The notes: a model not told the origin generated them from the letters alone. DNA of 64,000 bases from Nitrospira sp. (GCA_035455145.1 DATIFR010000134.1:16845-80844); one strand, 5' to 3'; counted from the first letter of the stretch, positions 37,878-48,430 are shown. Translations and numbers: made by a program.

Positions 37878-38564
37878 TTGATGGGGCGTTCGATGGGCGA
37901 TCCGATACAGCGATTGATGGGTTTGATGTTCAAAGCGCATCCTTGGCACGGGGTCTCGATTGGAGACAAGGCGCCGGAGGTGGTCACGGCCTATATCGAG
38001 ATCGTGCCGACCGACACGGTAAAGTATGAGGTCGATAAGGACAGCGGCTTCCTTAAGGTCGATCGCCCGCAGCGGTTCTCAAATTTCTGTCCCGTGTATT
38101 ATGGGCTGGTGCCTCAGACCTACTGCGGCGAGAAAGTGGCAGGGCTCTTCTCCAAGCGGGCGAAGCGGAAGGGCATGGTCGGCGACCGCGATCCGCTCGA
38201 TATCTGCGTACTGACAGAAAAGACCATCCCCCACAGCGACATTCTGCTTACGGCGATTCCGATCGGCGGATTCAGCCTGGCCGACGGCGGTGAGGCGGAC
38301 GACAAGATCATTGCCGTGATGAAAGAAGATGCGGCATACGGGGACTTCACCGACATCGGAGACTGTCCGATCACGTTGATCGATCGCCTCCAGCATTATT
38401 TCCTCACCTATAAGCAAGCGCCAGGAGCGGTGCAACACAAAGTAGAAATTACCAGCGTGTACGGCCGCGACGAAGCGTTGAAGGTTATCCGTGCCAGCCA
38501 CGCCGACTATCGAGAGAAGTTCCCTGAGCTGGAATCCCTCTGGCCGAAGCAGATGGCCACCTAA
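37878..38564 (+). CDS. ppa: Family I soluble inorganic pyrophosphatase
   Basis: KAHPWHG, VKYEVDK, YGLVPQT, DRDPLDI, DDKIIAV. Confidence 0.93.
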   Translation: MMGRSMGDPIQRLMGLMFKAHPWHGVSIGDKAPEVVTAYIEIVPTDTVKYEVDKDSGFLKVDRPQRFSNFCPVYYGLVPQTYCGEKVAGLFSKRAKRKGMVGDRDPLDICVLTEKTIPHSDILLTAIPIGGFSLADGGEADDKIIAVMKEDAAYGDFTDIGDCPITLIDRLQHYFLTYKQAPGAVQHKVEITSVYGRDEALKVIRASHADYREKFPELESLWPKQMAT

Positions 38565-38591
38565 TCACAGAAAGGTCACAAATACATCCCG

Positions 38592-40340
38592 ATGAAGCAC
38601 GATCAAAACCATCCGCCCGCTGCAACCGCAATCCATGGATTCTCGCCCGGCTTCGCCGCATTGGGACTCGAAGCGTCGTTACTCACCACGCTCGAAACGC
38701 TTGGATATGAAGAGCCGACACCCATCCAGCGCGAAGCGATCCCGCCGCTTCTGGCCGGGAAGGACCTGCTCGGTCAGGCGGCAACGGGAACCGGAAAGAC
38801 CGCTGCCTTCACGCTGCCGCTCCTTCAACGGATCGCGCACGGGGCCAAGGCCAAACCGGCGGCGCTCATTCTCGTGCCGACCCGCGAGCTCGCCATTCAA
38901 GTCAGTGAGGCCGTCCAACGCTACAGTAAAGAACTGCGTACCAGCGTGTTGGCCATCTATGGCGGCCAAGCCATCGGCCCTCAGTTCCATGCATTGAAAC
39001 GGGGGGTGGATGTCGTAGTGGCGACGCCGGGGCGTGCGCTCGATCACATCAGGCGCCAAACCTTGAAGCTGATTCACGTGCAGATCGTTGTGCTCGACGA
39101 AGCGGACGAGATGCTCGACATGGGGTTCGCCGAAGATCTCGACGCCATTCTGGAGCAGACTCCCGCGACGAAGCAGACCGCCCTGTTTTCCGCAACCATG
39201 CCGACGCGCATCAAATCCATCGCGCACCGGCACCTTAAGCAGGCAGTCGAGATCACTATCGCCAAGGAACCGGTAAAAGCCGGCGCTGCGCCGCGCGTCC
39301 AGCAGACAGCCTATGTGGTCACGAGACAACATCGTGGCGCCGCACTCGTGCGCATTTTAGATATGGCGGGGCCCAAGTCTGCCCTGGTGTTTTGCCGCAC
39401 GCGCGTCGAAGTGGACGATGTCACGGCCATGCTCAATAGCCGCGGGCATCGAGCCGAAGCCATTCACGGCGGCATGAGCCAGCCCCAGCGCGATCGCGTA
39501 ATGAGCGCGTTTCGAAGCGGACAAACGGAACTCCTCGTGGCCACCGACGTGGCCGCGCGCGGTCTCGATATTCCCAGTGTCTCGCACGTCATTAATTACG
39601 ATTTGCCGTCGTCTGCCGAAGTATATGTGCACCGCATCGGGCGGACCGGCCGTGCCGGCCGCGAGGGTGCCGCCATCACGATCCTGGATCCTCGGGAGCA
39701 ACGGCTTCTCCGCAGCATCGAGCAGCACACGAAAGCCAGAGTGACGGTGGCGCCGGTCCCGTCGGTCGCAGACCTCCTCGCGAAACGACTCGAACGAACC
39801 AGGGCACTGGTCCAGGAGGCAATGCAAGCAGACGATCTTGACGGATTTAAGGGCGTCGTGAAAGCGATGGCCGCATCGGGCGATCCCATTACTGTGGCCG
39901 CCGCGGCGATGAAGCTGATCTTTCAAGAGCAGGGTGGAGAGCGGGTCGAACAGGAGATTCCTGCCATGCCGATCCCCCAGCCGGAACCCTATAGGCCGAT
40001 GCAGCGACTAACCGGCCGTCCCGATGACCGGTATCGTGGCGCACAGGCCAGATCCGGCGGGCCTCAGCCGATGGCCAGGCCTGGTCGGGGCGGACGGGAA
40101 CCAGGGATGGCGCGGGTCTATGTTGGTGCGGGACGGGAAGCCGGCATCAGGCCAGGCGATCTGGTCGGCGCCATTGCCAACGAAGCCAAAGTGAATTCGA
40201 GCATGATCGGCGCAATCCAGATCGAAGATCGCTTTTCCGTTGTGGATGTGCCGGAGGCGATGGCGCAACGAATTGTTGAAGTGCTGGGGAGGGCGAGAAT
40301 TAAGGGGCGGAAGGCGGCGGTGCGGTTGTTTAGAGAATAA
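38592..40340 (+). CDS. deaD: DEAD-box RNA helicase with a DbpA-type C-terminal RNA-binding domain (DeaD/CsdA-like)
   Basis: PTPIQ, ATGTGKT, PTRELA, TPGR, DEADEM, SAT, TDVAARGLD, HRIGRTGR; GIRPGDLVGAIANE. Confidence 0.9.
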   Translation: MKHDQNHPPAATAIHGFSPGFAALGLEASLLTTLETLGYEEPTPIQREAIPPLLAGKDLLGQAATGTGKTAAFTLPLLQRIAHGAKAKPAALILVPTRELAIQVSEAVQRYSKELRTSVLAIYGGQAIGPQFHALKRGVDVVVATPGRALDHIRRQTLKLIHVQIVVLDEADEMLDMGFAEDLDAILEQTPATKQTALFSATMPTRIKSIAHRHLKQAVEITIAKEPVKAGAAPRVQQTAYVVTRQHRGAALVRILDMAGPKSALVFCRTRVEVDDVTAMLNSRGHRAEAIHGGMSQPQRDRVMSAFRSGQTELLVATDVAARGLDIPSVSHVINYDLPSSAEVYVHRIGRTGRAGREGAAITILDPREQRLLRSIEQHTKARVTVAPVPSVADLLAKRLERTRALVQEAMQADDLDGFKGVVKAMAASGDPITVAAAAMKLIFQEQGGERVEQEIPAMPIPQPEPYRPMQRLTGRPDDRYRGAQARSGGPQPMARPGRGGREPGMARVYVGAGREAGIRPGDLVGAIANEAKVNSSMIGAIQIEDRFSVVDVPEAMAQRIVEVLGRARIKGRKAAVRLFRE

Positions 40341-40415
40341 GGAAGTGTTGTGGCGGGTCCTGTCGGTGATTGAACCCATTCGTCCTCGCTCCACCCATCC
40401 CCCAGTGGGTCCCTT

Positions 40416-40561
40416 CCGCTGCGGGCACTTGGTGAAAGCCGCGTCTCGGCGCGGCAGGGGTCGGGCGGGTGAGAAAGTTGCCCGGGTCAGCGCCACCCGC
40501 CTGTAGAGGTCGCATTTGCCGCATGAGGAAGAGGACAAACGAGCGAGCTTGGAAGGAGCAT
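40416..40561 (+). repeat. Structured repeat module Z plus 23-nt tail
   Basis: CCGCTGCGGG..CCGCGTCTCGGCGC..GGGCGGGTGAGAAAG..GCGCCACCCG shared with 55461 and 57933; tail at 40539-40561. Confidence 0.85.
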
Positions 40562-40638
40562 GTGTACCGTCAGACACGCGTATGCGAAAGTAGACCCAGC
40601 CGGTTTTGAGAACGTAGAATGTCGCGATACTGTTTCCC

Positions 40639-41373
40639 ATGCCGATCCAAACCTTTACTGCACAAGTCGACGCGATCAAAGATCTCACGCATGACGTGCG
40701 CCAGCTCGACCTGCGCCTGATTGAGCCGAACACCATCAGTTTCAAGCCGGGCCAGTTCGTCTCGTTCGAGATCCCGCAAGCCACGCCAGGCCGCTCGGTG
40801 ACGCGACCCTACTCCATTGTCTCGCAACCCAGCCGATCGGGCGGCATCACGCTGTTATTCAATCTGGTGCCAGGAGGACCTGGTTCCACCTATCTGTTCA
40901 GCCTCAAGGCAGGGGACAGGACACAGTTCAAAGGACCGGCGGGCAACTTTTATCTGCGGGAGGATCCGGGGCGCGAGCTGTTGTTCGTTGCTACCGGTAC
41001 CGGGATCGCGCCCCTCTGGTCCATGCTGCTCGCCAATGCGGAGCGCGCCGACCCAAGACCGGCGACGTTACTCTGGGGACTGCGCAGCCAGCGGGATCTG
41101 TACTACCAGAAGGAACTCGCTGGACTCGTTCGAACGAACAAGACACTGAACGCGATTACGACGCTGTCCCGACCGGAGCCTGGCTGGTCAGGCGAATCAG
41201 GCCGTGTTCTGCGGTTGATCGAATGGCAGGTCTCTTCGGTGAAGAATCTTGCCGTTTACCTCTGCGGGAACAGCGCCATGATCGTCGATGCCACGGCCCT
41301 CCTGCAGAAGAAAGGGCTCTGCCCGATCTATCGTGAGAAGTACTATGATGACAGTGGATCGCCGGAAGATTGA
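40639..41373 (+). CDS. FNR-family FAD/NAD(P)H oxidoreductase without a 2Fe-2S domain
   Basis: FKPGQFV, RPYSI, GGPGS, ATGTGIAP, YLCG. Confidence 0.9.
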   Translation: MPIQTFTAQVDAIKDLTHDVRQLDLRLIEPNTISFKPGQFVSFEIPQATPGRSVTRPYSIVSQPSRSGGITLLFNLVPGGPGSTYLFSLKAGDRTQFKGPAGNFYLREDPGRELLFVATGTGIAPLWSMLLANAERADPRPATLLWGLRSQRDLYYQKELAGLVRTNKTLNAITTLSRPEPGWSGESGRVLRLIEWQVSSVKNLAVYLCGNSAMIVDATALLQKKGLCPIYREKYYDDSGSPED

Positions 41374-41495
41374 GGGAGCCCCCCTAATTCTCCCGTGCCG
41401 CACCTGCGTCGCTATCTCAGTGGAGAGGGGAGCAGCAAGCTCGAAAGTCCACCTGTGTTGTGATGTCGCAGGACAGTCACGCGAGTGAGGTGAAG

Positions 41496-41927
41496 ATGAA
41501 AAAGCAAGCGCGCAAATCGGTCATGGTCGTCACCGGCTCCACGGCAGCCGGCTGGAGAAGGGCGGCCGAGGCGATGGCCGCGGCCTTCGACTGTGAGCTG
41601 CACCGGGTCAATCTGTCCGGGGTCGTGAGTCAGTATGTCGGTGAAACGGAAAAGCAGCTCAACCGCATCTTTGAAAAGGCCGAAGAAAGCGGGGCGATTC
41701 TGCTTTTTGAGGAAGCGGATGCGCTGTTCTGCAGGCGCAGTAAAGTCAAGGATGCGCACGACCGCTATGCGAACGTCGAAACCGCCGCGCTGTTACAGCG
41801 GATAGAAGCCTATGACGGCCTCGCCATCCTCGCGACCAACCGGAGCGCGAAGATCGATCCCGCGTGGCTCCGTCGGGCGAAGGTTGCGAAGCCGAAAGTA
41901 TCAAAGAAGAAGGCTACGGGGAGATGA
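41496..41927 (+). CDS. Isolated, degenerate AAA+ ATPase domain
   Basis: SQYVGETEKQL, FEEADALF, DAHDRYAN, ILATN; Walker A region reads GSTAAGWR, with no GKT. Confidence 0.7.
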   Translation: MKKQARKSVMVVTGSTAAGWRRAAEAMAAAFDCELHRVNLSGVVSQYVGETEKQLNRIFEKAEESGAILLFEEADALFCRRSKVKDAHDRYANVETAALLQRIEAYDGLAILATNRSAKIDPAWLRRAKVAKPKVSKKKATGR

Positions 41928-42002
41928 CGGCGGAAGCGCCTGGCTGGACCACCCCACAAAATTTATCCTGGACGCAGCGTCTCCGATGAAAGGACGAAGA
42001 CT

Positions 42003-43016
42003 ATGGCGACAAGGCAATTGACTCCGGCCGGCATCATGCGACTCGGCCTCGGCTTCTGGGGGTCGAAGACCCTGCTCAGTGCCATCGAGCTCGGTCTGTT
42101 TACGGAGTTGGCGAAGGGTCCGCTCACGCTGCAGGCGCTGACCACCAGGCTGAACCTTCATCCCCGCAGCGCGCAGGACTTCTTCGACGCCCTCGTGGCG
42201 CTCGGCATGCTGAAGCGCACCGGTACCCGCTACGCCAATACGTCGGAGACGGCGCAGTTCCTCGACCGGAATAAACCTTCCTACGTCGGTGGGATGCTGG
42301 AGATGTCCAATGCGCGGCTCTACCGCTTCTGGGGCTCGCTCACCGAAGGGCTCCGCACCGGGAAGCCGCAAAACGAAGCCAAGACGGGTGAAGATTTCTT
42401 CGGCGCGCTCTATGCCGATCCGCAGCAGTTGGAGGGGTTCCTGAAGGCCATGACTGGCCTCAGCATCGGCGCTGGCCGCGCGATTGCGAAGAAGTTTCCC
42501 TGGAAGAAGTACCGCACCTTCGCCGATGTCGGCTGTGCGCAAGGCGGCGTTGCCGTCGAAGTGGCCTTGGCGCACAAGCACCTCACCGGCTTCGGGATGG
42601 ATCTGCCCGTGGTACAGCCGGTGTTCGAAGCTTATACGCAGGACAAGGGAGTGGCGTCACGGGTGAAATTTCATCATGGCGATTTCTTCAAGGACTTGCT
42701 GCCGAAAGTCGATGTCATCATCATGGGCCATATCCTCCACGACTGGAACCTCGACGAAAAGATGATGCTCCTGCGCAAGGCCTACGATGCGCTACCACCC
42801 CACGGAGCGTTGATCGTCCACGAAGCCCTCATCGACGATGCCCGCAAGCAGAATGCGTTCGGCCTGCTTATGAGCCTCAACATGCTGATCGAAACGCATG
42901 GCGGCTTCGACTTCACCGGCGCGGATTGCCGTAAGTGGATGAAGGAAGTGGGGTTCAGGCGGACGCAGGTGGAACGGTTGGTGGGGCCGGATGGGATGGT
43001 CGTGGGCTATAAGTGA
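42003..43016 (+). CDS. SAM-dependent O-methyltransferase family 2 with a dimerisation domain
   Basis: [34 protein letters not shown]. Confidence 0.9.
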   Translation: MATRQLTPAGIMRLGLGFWGSKTLLSAIELGLFTELAKGPLTLQALTTRLNLHPRSAQDFFDALVALGMLKRTGTRYANTSETAQFLDRNKPSYVGGMLEMSNARLYRFWGSLTEGLRTGKPQNEAKTGEDFFGALYADPQQLEGFLKAMTGLSIGAGRAIAKKFPWKKYRTFADVGCAQGGVAVEVALAHKHLTGFGMDLPVVQPVFEAYTQDKGVASRVKFHHGDFFKDLLPKVDVIIMGHILHDWNLDEKMMLLRKAYDALPPHGALIVHEALIDDARKQNAFGLLMSLNMLIETHGGFDFTGADCRKWMKEVGFRRTQVERLVGPDGMVVGYK

Positions 43017-43083
43017 TGGATATGTGATGTGGTCTGGTCTGGTGAGTCCCTGTGCTTGCGGAGCATCGACAATAGAATGTGAG

Positions 43084-43403
43084 AACAGCGTCCGCATGGT
43101 CCTGTGCTCCCGGAGTGCGCACGCGGGACTCATCGTATTCTCAGATTAGGGGCGGTGCTCCCTCCACGGGCGCAATTGGACCATTGCGGACGCTGTTTTC
43201 CGAGATTAAACCAGACAAGTTCGGTGGGACCATTGATATGGTGGTTGCGCGCGAAACCTTCCATCCGCACCCCTTGAACAGGAGGAGAAACGAGCGAGCT
43301 TGGAAGGAACATTATAAGGGCTCGATCCTTCATGCAAGCCGCTGAGAAAGCCTCCTCCCCCTCACTTGATGGGATAAGGGAAGAGCGAACTTGGAAGGAT
43401 CAT
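43084..43403 (+). repeat. Stacked repeat cluster: module X, then two 3' fragments of module Y, each with a tail
   Basis: X outer stem AACAGCGTCCGCA-TGGTCC / GGACCA-T-TGCGGACGCTGTT; tails at 43211 (degenerate), 43290 and 43381. Confidence 0.8.
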
Positions 43404-43520
43404 TGAGTTCGTGGATGCAATCCAGCCCGCGTGCCACGAGACAATCTTGACATCAACGCTCGGCTCCCAGTACAAAATCATGCTTTGTCTATATGGGAAT
43501 TATTCATAAAGGAATCATTC

Positions 43521-44897
43521 ATGGAGCCTCTTGCCCTCCCTGCATCTTCCAAAGCCATCGTGATGGTCAGTCCCTCGGAGAATTGCGCGCGATGGGTCAA
43601 TGTCGATCTGCGATTCGTGATCGCCACGATCGTCGTTTTCGCCGCCGTAGCGACCACCACGATCCGGTTTTCGCATGAAGTCTTCGACCCGCTGGCCGAT
43701 TCGCTAATGATCCGGGGCTGGGCTGCAGTGATTGCTCGGCCGAGCCTGCTCTGGTTCACCATGGGTATGCTGCTCATCGTGGTCCGGACGTTGCTGTGGC
43801 TTCGCTACCATCCGTTCGCTTCCGTGAGCGCAGAAGAGGCGCCGCGGATGTCCATCATCATTCCGGCGTATAACGAAGGTGCGATGGTCAGAAGGGCCGT
43901 CGATGCCTGTGTCCGGGCCGAGTACCCGCGGGACCGCTTGGAGATCATCGTCGTCAACGACGGCAGCACCGACGACACGGGGGCGCACGTCGACCGGGCC
44001 AGGCGGGACTGCCCCGATCTCGTGCAGGCAGTCCATCTGCCCGTCAACGGGGGAAAACGCGAAGCCTTGGCAGCAGGGTTTGCGCGTGCCACAGGAGAGA
44101 TTCTTGTCACCGTCGATTCCGACAGCTTGATCGAACGGGGCGCGCTGCTCGCCCTCGCCGGTCCATTTCATGATCCGCGCGTCGGCGCCGTGGCCGGCAA
44201 AGTGTCCGTGCTCAACCGGTTCCAGTCGATCCTGCCCCGTATGTTGCACGTACGGTTCATCCTGTCGTTCGATTTTCTCCGCAGCGTCCAATCATCGTAC
44301 GGCACGGTCTACTGTTGTCCCGGTGCCCTCTCCGCCTACCGGACGTCGGTCATCAAACCTCTCATTCCCACGTGGCTTCGCCAACGTTTCCTTGGAAGCG
44401 ACTGCACCATCGGCGAAGACCGGGCGCTGACGAACGACGTGCTCGCCTCCGGCTACCAGGCGGTCTACCAGCGCACTGCCGTTGTCCACACCCTCGTGCC
44501 GGAAAGCTATCAAAAACTCTGCAAAATGTTTCTGCGGTGGGATCGGAGCTACATCCGGGAAGAAATCCGGTTATGGAAGATCATGTGGAAACTGCCGTTT
44601 CCTTCCTTCGTCCTTACGATGCTCGAAACCACCATCACCAACCTTCGCTATCCCGTCGCCTATGCCTCACTCTTCTTGATGGTCTACATGACGATGCAGG
44701 ACCCCTGGACGATCCTGCGCCTGCTGCTCTCGATCGGGCTCGTCTCCCTTTTCTATACGCTGTACTTTCTGCACAGCGAACGTTCGCGCGAGTTTCTCTT
44801 CGGCATCGTCTACGCATACTTCTACTTCGTAAGCCTTCTCTGGATTTTTCCCTATGCGCTGATGACCGTACGAAACCGGCGGTGGCTCACGCGCTAA
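43521..44897 (+). CDS. Processive GT2 glycosyltransferase, hyaluronan synthase/NodC-like
   Basis: IPAYNE, VNDGS, GKREA, TVDSD, CCPGALSAYR, CTIGEDRALTN, LRWDRSYIRE; N- and C-terminal TMs. Confidence 0.85.
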   Translation: MEPLALPASSKAIVMVSPSENCARWVNVDLRFVIATIVVFAAVATTTIRFSHEVFDPLADSLMIRGWAAVIARPSLLWFTMGMLLIVVRTLLWLRYHPFASVSAEEAPRMSIIIPAYNEGAMVRRAVDACVRAEYPRDRLEIIVVNDGSTDDTGAHVDRARRDCPDLVQAVHLPVNGGKREALAAGFARATGEILVTVDSDSLIERGALLALAGPFHDPRVGAVAGKVSVLNRFQSILPRMLHVRFILSFDFLRSVQSSYGTVYCCPGALSAYRTSVIKPLIPTWLRQRFLGSDCTIGEDRALTNDVLASGYQAVYQRTAVVHTLVPESYQKLCKMFLRWDRSYIREEIRLWKIMWKLPFPSFVLTMLETTITNLRYPVAYASLFLMVYMTMQDPWTILRLLLSIGLVSLFYTLYFLHSERSREFLFGIVYAYFYFVSLLWIFPYALMTVRNRRWLTR

Positions 44898-45148
44898 GAC
44901 ACACGTGAGTCACAGCAAGGCCCGCAGGATGAGTATCCTGCGGGCCTTGTGCTATCTGGCATCGACAACTTCAGAGACAGTTATGCCGGACAGCGGCTTC
45001 GGCATCCAATTCTGTGAGCTGCCGGATCGGGTCGCACTACCAAGCATAGGAGGGGTGTCGGGCCGATTCCGATCGTCCACACGTTGACAGCTCTGCCAGG
45101 GGATCGTAGCCTAGATTCCTCCAATCCAGTAAAACGGGAGGAACTTCC

Positions 45149-46210
45149 ATGAAATTCCTCAAACCTGATAAAGATCTCTGGTCCGACAATCTCGATCGGC
45201 GGCAGCTCTTGAAAGCCCTCGGTGTCGCTGGAGCGGTCTTGGCTCTCGGAGGCCGCCAAACGCTCGCAGAGATGGTGGTGCCGGTGTCAGAGGCGGGGGG
45301 TGCTGCGGCCGGAGCGGTTCCGACACGGGCCTTAGGCAAAACGGGTATCCAGGTTTCTGCTCTTTGTTTCGGCGGCGCCCATTGGGGCCGTACCAAAGAT
45401 GACGCCGAGGCCATTCGCATCCTGCACGAAGCGATCGAAGCAGGGATCACGTTCCTCGACAACGCCTGGGAATACAACGGTGGACGATCCGAGGAACTCA
45501 TGGGCAAAGCTCTCCAAGGCCGTCGGCAGCAGGTCGTGCTCATGACCAAACTCTGCTCGCACGGGCGGGACAGGAAAGTCGCGCTGCAACAGCTCGACGA
45601 CTCCCTCCGCCGCCTGAAGACCGACTACCTCGATCTCTGGCAAATTCACGAAGTCATCTATGAAGACGATCCCGACCGGCACTTCGTACCTGAAGGTGCC
45701 GCAGATGCCCTCCTCGAAGCCAAACGGCAGGGCAAGGTGCGGTTCGTGGGGTTCACCGGCCATAAGCATCCGAGCATTCATCTCAAGATGCTGGCGCGCG
45801 ACTTTCCCTTCGACACCTGCCAGATGCCGTTGAACGTCTTCGACGGGACCTACAGCAGTTTCGAACAACAGGTGTTACCCGTTCTGCATCAGCGAGGGAT
45901 TGCACCGCTCGGAATGAAAAGTCTCAGCGGAAATGCCGAAGCCGTCAAGCAAGGCATCGTCACTGTCGAGGAAGCCCTTCGCTATGTCTTGAGTCTGCCG
46001 ATTGCGTCGCTCGTCACTGGCATCGATTCGCGCAAGGTCCTGCAACAGAATCTGGACATAGTGCGCCGATTTAGGCCGATGACGGTTGCCGAGATGGAAA
46101 CGCTGCGTGCGCGTGTGGCCCGCTACGCAAAAGACGGGCGGTTCGAGCGCTTCAAATCGACGAGGGATTACGACGGCCGCGTCGGACGGGACCAACACGG
46201 GTTGTCGTAA
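45149..46210 (+). CDS. Aldo/keto reductase with a twin-arginine signal
   Basis: DRRQLLK followed by a hydrophobic segment; RALGKTG, DNAWEY, LKTDYLDLWQIH, GKVRFVGFTGH. Confidence 0.88.
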   Translation: MKFLKPDKDLWSDNLDRRQLLKALGVAGAVLALGGRQTLAEMVVPVSEAGGAAAGAVPTRALGKTGIQVSALCFGGAHWGRTKDDAEAIRILHEAIEAGITFLDNAWEYNGGRSEELMGKALQGRRQQVVLMTKLCSHGRDRKVALQQLDDSLRRLKTDYLDLWQIHEVIYEDDPDRHFVPEGAADALLEAKRQGKVRFVGFTGHKHPSIHLKMLARDFPFDTCQMPLNVFDGTYSSFEQQVLPVLHQRGIAPLGMKSLSGNAEAVKQGIVTVEEALRYVLSLPIASLVTGIDSRKVLQQNLDIVRRFRPMTVAEMETLRARVARYAKDGRFERFKSTRDYDGRVGRDQHGLS

Positions 46211-46320
46211 CCTTCATCAGCTTGCAGGAGTGGGCAACGCCAAACCATCCTGCTCCTGTTAATTCGGCTTTTGGAGCGGGTTGCTCCAACTGTAACTTGT
46301 GACGATGCTGGTCCCGGATA

Positions 46321-47235
46321 TCAGCCGAGCAGAGCCGAGGCCAGCCGGGGCAGCCAGGGAAGCAGCGCCACGCCGACACAGATCGACAGCGCCACGATCG
46401 AGGCGACGAGATCTTCATCCAGGCCGGTTTCCGTCGCAAAGATCACAGCTGTCACCGCAGACGGCATCCCGGCGATCAGAATCACGATCGCCCGTTCCAT
46501 TCCAGTCAGGTCCAGCAGCCAGGCCGCCATCAATCCCAGCAAGAGGCCGCCGGCCATCCTCACTGACACCCCCAGGCAGGTCAGCTGCCATGTCCGCCGC
46601 AACGCATCAAGACTGATTGAAAGGCCAAGCACGAGGCTCGCGAGTGGCATCGTCGTGAGGTGCACCGGTGTCAGTGCATCGTGGAGCCATGAGGGCAGAT
46701 GCAGGCCCGCAGCCTTCAACGCCAGGGTGATCGTTAAGGCCCAGAGCGGCGGTGCGGAGAGCAGGCGAGCCAGCGATGAGCGTGCCGACGGCGAAGCCGT
46801 GCCGTGCCACACCGCGAGGGCATAGAGGACCGTGAGCGTCAATGTGGTTTGCCCGAGGTCGAAGAGAATCGCCTGTGCGAGTCCTTCCTCGCCGAACGTG
46901 GCCAGCGTGACGGGATAGGCGAAATAGACCGAATTGATGCAGCCGATGGAGAGCAGCAAGCTGCCCTGGGTCGGACGAGAGAGACGCAGCAGGCGGACGA
47001 GCGGCCAGGAGAGCAGCACCACCGGCAGCGTCACAAGACAGGCGGCCAGCGGCAGTTTCCAAGCCGTCGGCGCAAAGCTCACGCGGTCCAGTGACACAAG
47101 AATCGTGGCTGGCAGACTGACAGAAAACACGAAGCTGCCCAGCCGTTCCGCGTGCATCTTGGTGAGCATTGCATAGAAACGAAGCGAGGCGCCGAGGAGG
47201 AAGAGAACGAGGAAGGCGTGGAGGGAAGGGGGCAT
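46321..47235 (-). CDS. AEC (auxin efflux carrier) family transporter
   Basis: VFSVSLPA, NSVYFAYP, GMPSAV; about 10 TMs. Confidence 0.88.
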   Translation of the reverse strand: MPPSLHAFLVLFLLGASLRFYAMLTKMHAERLGSFVFSVSLPATILVSLDRVSFAPTAWKLPLAACLVTLPVVLLSWPLVRLLRLSRPTQGSLLLSIGCINSVYFAYPVTLATFGEEGLAQAILFDLGQTTLTLTVLYALAVWHGTASPSARSSLARLLSAPPLWALTITLALKAAGLHLPSWLHDALTPVHLTTMPLASLVLGLSISLDALRRTWQLTCLGVSVRMAGGLLLGLMAAWLLDLTGMERAIVILIAGMPSAVTAVIFATETGLDEDLVASIVALSICVGVALLPWLPRLASALLG

Positions 47236-47286
47236 GGGACGGGAGAGTATCAGAGAGAGGGGGGAGGCGGCCAGGAGAGCAGGAAG

Positions 47287-47534
47287 AGAGGATGGAGTGC
47301 CCGCACGCTCCAGTGTCTCAGCTCGACCGCACTAAGCTTACCATCTGCTCGGCTGCGGAACTTGTTCCATCCGGGCTGCGCAGGATGGAACGGCGAACAG
47401 TCCTCGCCGTCGCGCAACGCGACCGCATCTGCTCAGCAAGTGCGGGGCCCGAGCTTTGACACAAGTCGCGTACAAAACCCTCCATCCTCTCCGCCCGGCG
47501 AGAGAAGAAAAAAGAGCAACCTTGGAGGGAGCAT
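47287..47534 (+). repeat. Structured repeat module Y plus 23-nt tail
   Basis: Outer stem AGAGGATGGAG / CTCCATCCTCT; high similarity to 51969-52216; tail at 47512-47534. Confidence 0.88.
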
Positions 47535-47684
47535 TGAAATGTGTTTTTGCGGAAGGAGCAGACTGAGCCGATGACGAAGCTTAGGTCAACCTCTTGATCT
47601 CGCCTTCTGAAGAGACGAGCGGAATGAGAGACCCTTCAGCTCACTTGCGAGAAAAGCTCACACACAAGCCTGGAAGCAGCACCA

Positions 47685-47924
47685 TCAGGGTCGGACCTGG
47701 AAGGTCTTTGGCCCCTTTTTGTGGTCCGACAGGTAAATCATGTAGCGACCTCCGGTGCCGCATGTCACCATGATTTCTCCACGCCGGCTCAAGCGATCGA
47801 TTTCGAGAAACACCTGATTCCAGGTGAACTCGGGTAGACGTTCGGCCAATGTATCCAGGTCACAACCATGCGTACGCTTGATCGTTCCGAGGATGCGATC
47901 GGTGACCGGTGTTTGTGGATCCAT
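47685..47924 (-). CDS. Small hypothetical protein, winged-helix-like
   Basis: LDTLAERLPEFTWNQVFLEIDRLSRRGEI; paralogue at 60085-60369. Confidence 0.7.
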   Translation of the reverse strand: MDPQTPVTDRILGTIKRTHGCDLDTLAERLPEFTWNQVFLEIDRLSRRGEIMVTCGTGGRYMIYLSDHKKGPKTFQVRP

Positions 47925-47983
47925 GATATGACCCTCCTGTGATGTTCGAACGCTCACTGCAATCTTCCTCACGCCCCTTCCGG

Positions 47984-48430
47984 TTACGGATCGCTTCCCG
48001 ATCGTGGGTAGACGATGCCGAACTGCTCATCCGGCATGAGCCGTTGAGACAGATCGGCCAGCTCCTCGGCTGCGTCGTCGCCCAACCCGTAGGCGCGACT
48101 AGTCAGCATGCTGAGAAACCGGCCCATTTCCCGTCTGGCCCGCCATCGATCCCCGAGAGTGACCGCGCCGCGGATGCGATCGAGTTCATCGGCATAGGGG
48201 GCGAAATCGTACGTCGGATATTTCTTCGTGAAGTACGTCATGAGCCGGTGCTCGAGGTCATCCACCCACTCGACCGGCGGAGCGAGACGGTCAGTCGGTG
48301 TAGCGACAACGAGCAGAACGGAAGGAGTCACCGTGCCGTGAATGTGCGCAGGTATGAGAAGGAAGAAGACAGCTGACAGGAGAATCAGCGCCAAGAGGGG
48401 AATGACCGTGCGGCGGCTGAAAACTTCCAT
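47984..48430 (-). CDS. Hypothetical membrane-anchored or exported protein
   Basis: N-terminal hydrophobic segment, helical C-terminus, GAGG RBS. Confidence 0.6.
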   Translation of the reverse strand: MEVFSRRTVIPLLALILLSAVFFLLIPAHIHGTVTPSVLLVVATPTDRLAPPVEWVDDLEHRLMTYFTKKYPTYDFAPYADELDRIRGAVTLGDRWRARREMGRFLSMLTSRAYGLGDDAAEELADLSQRLMPDEQFGIVYPRSGSDP

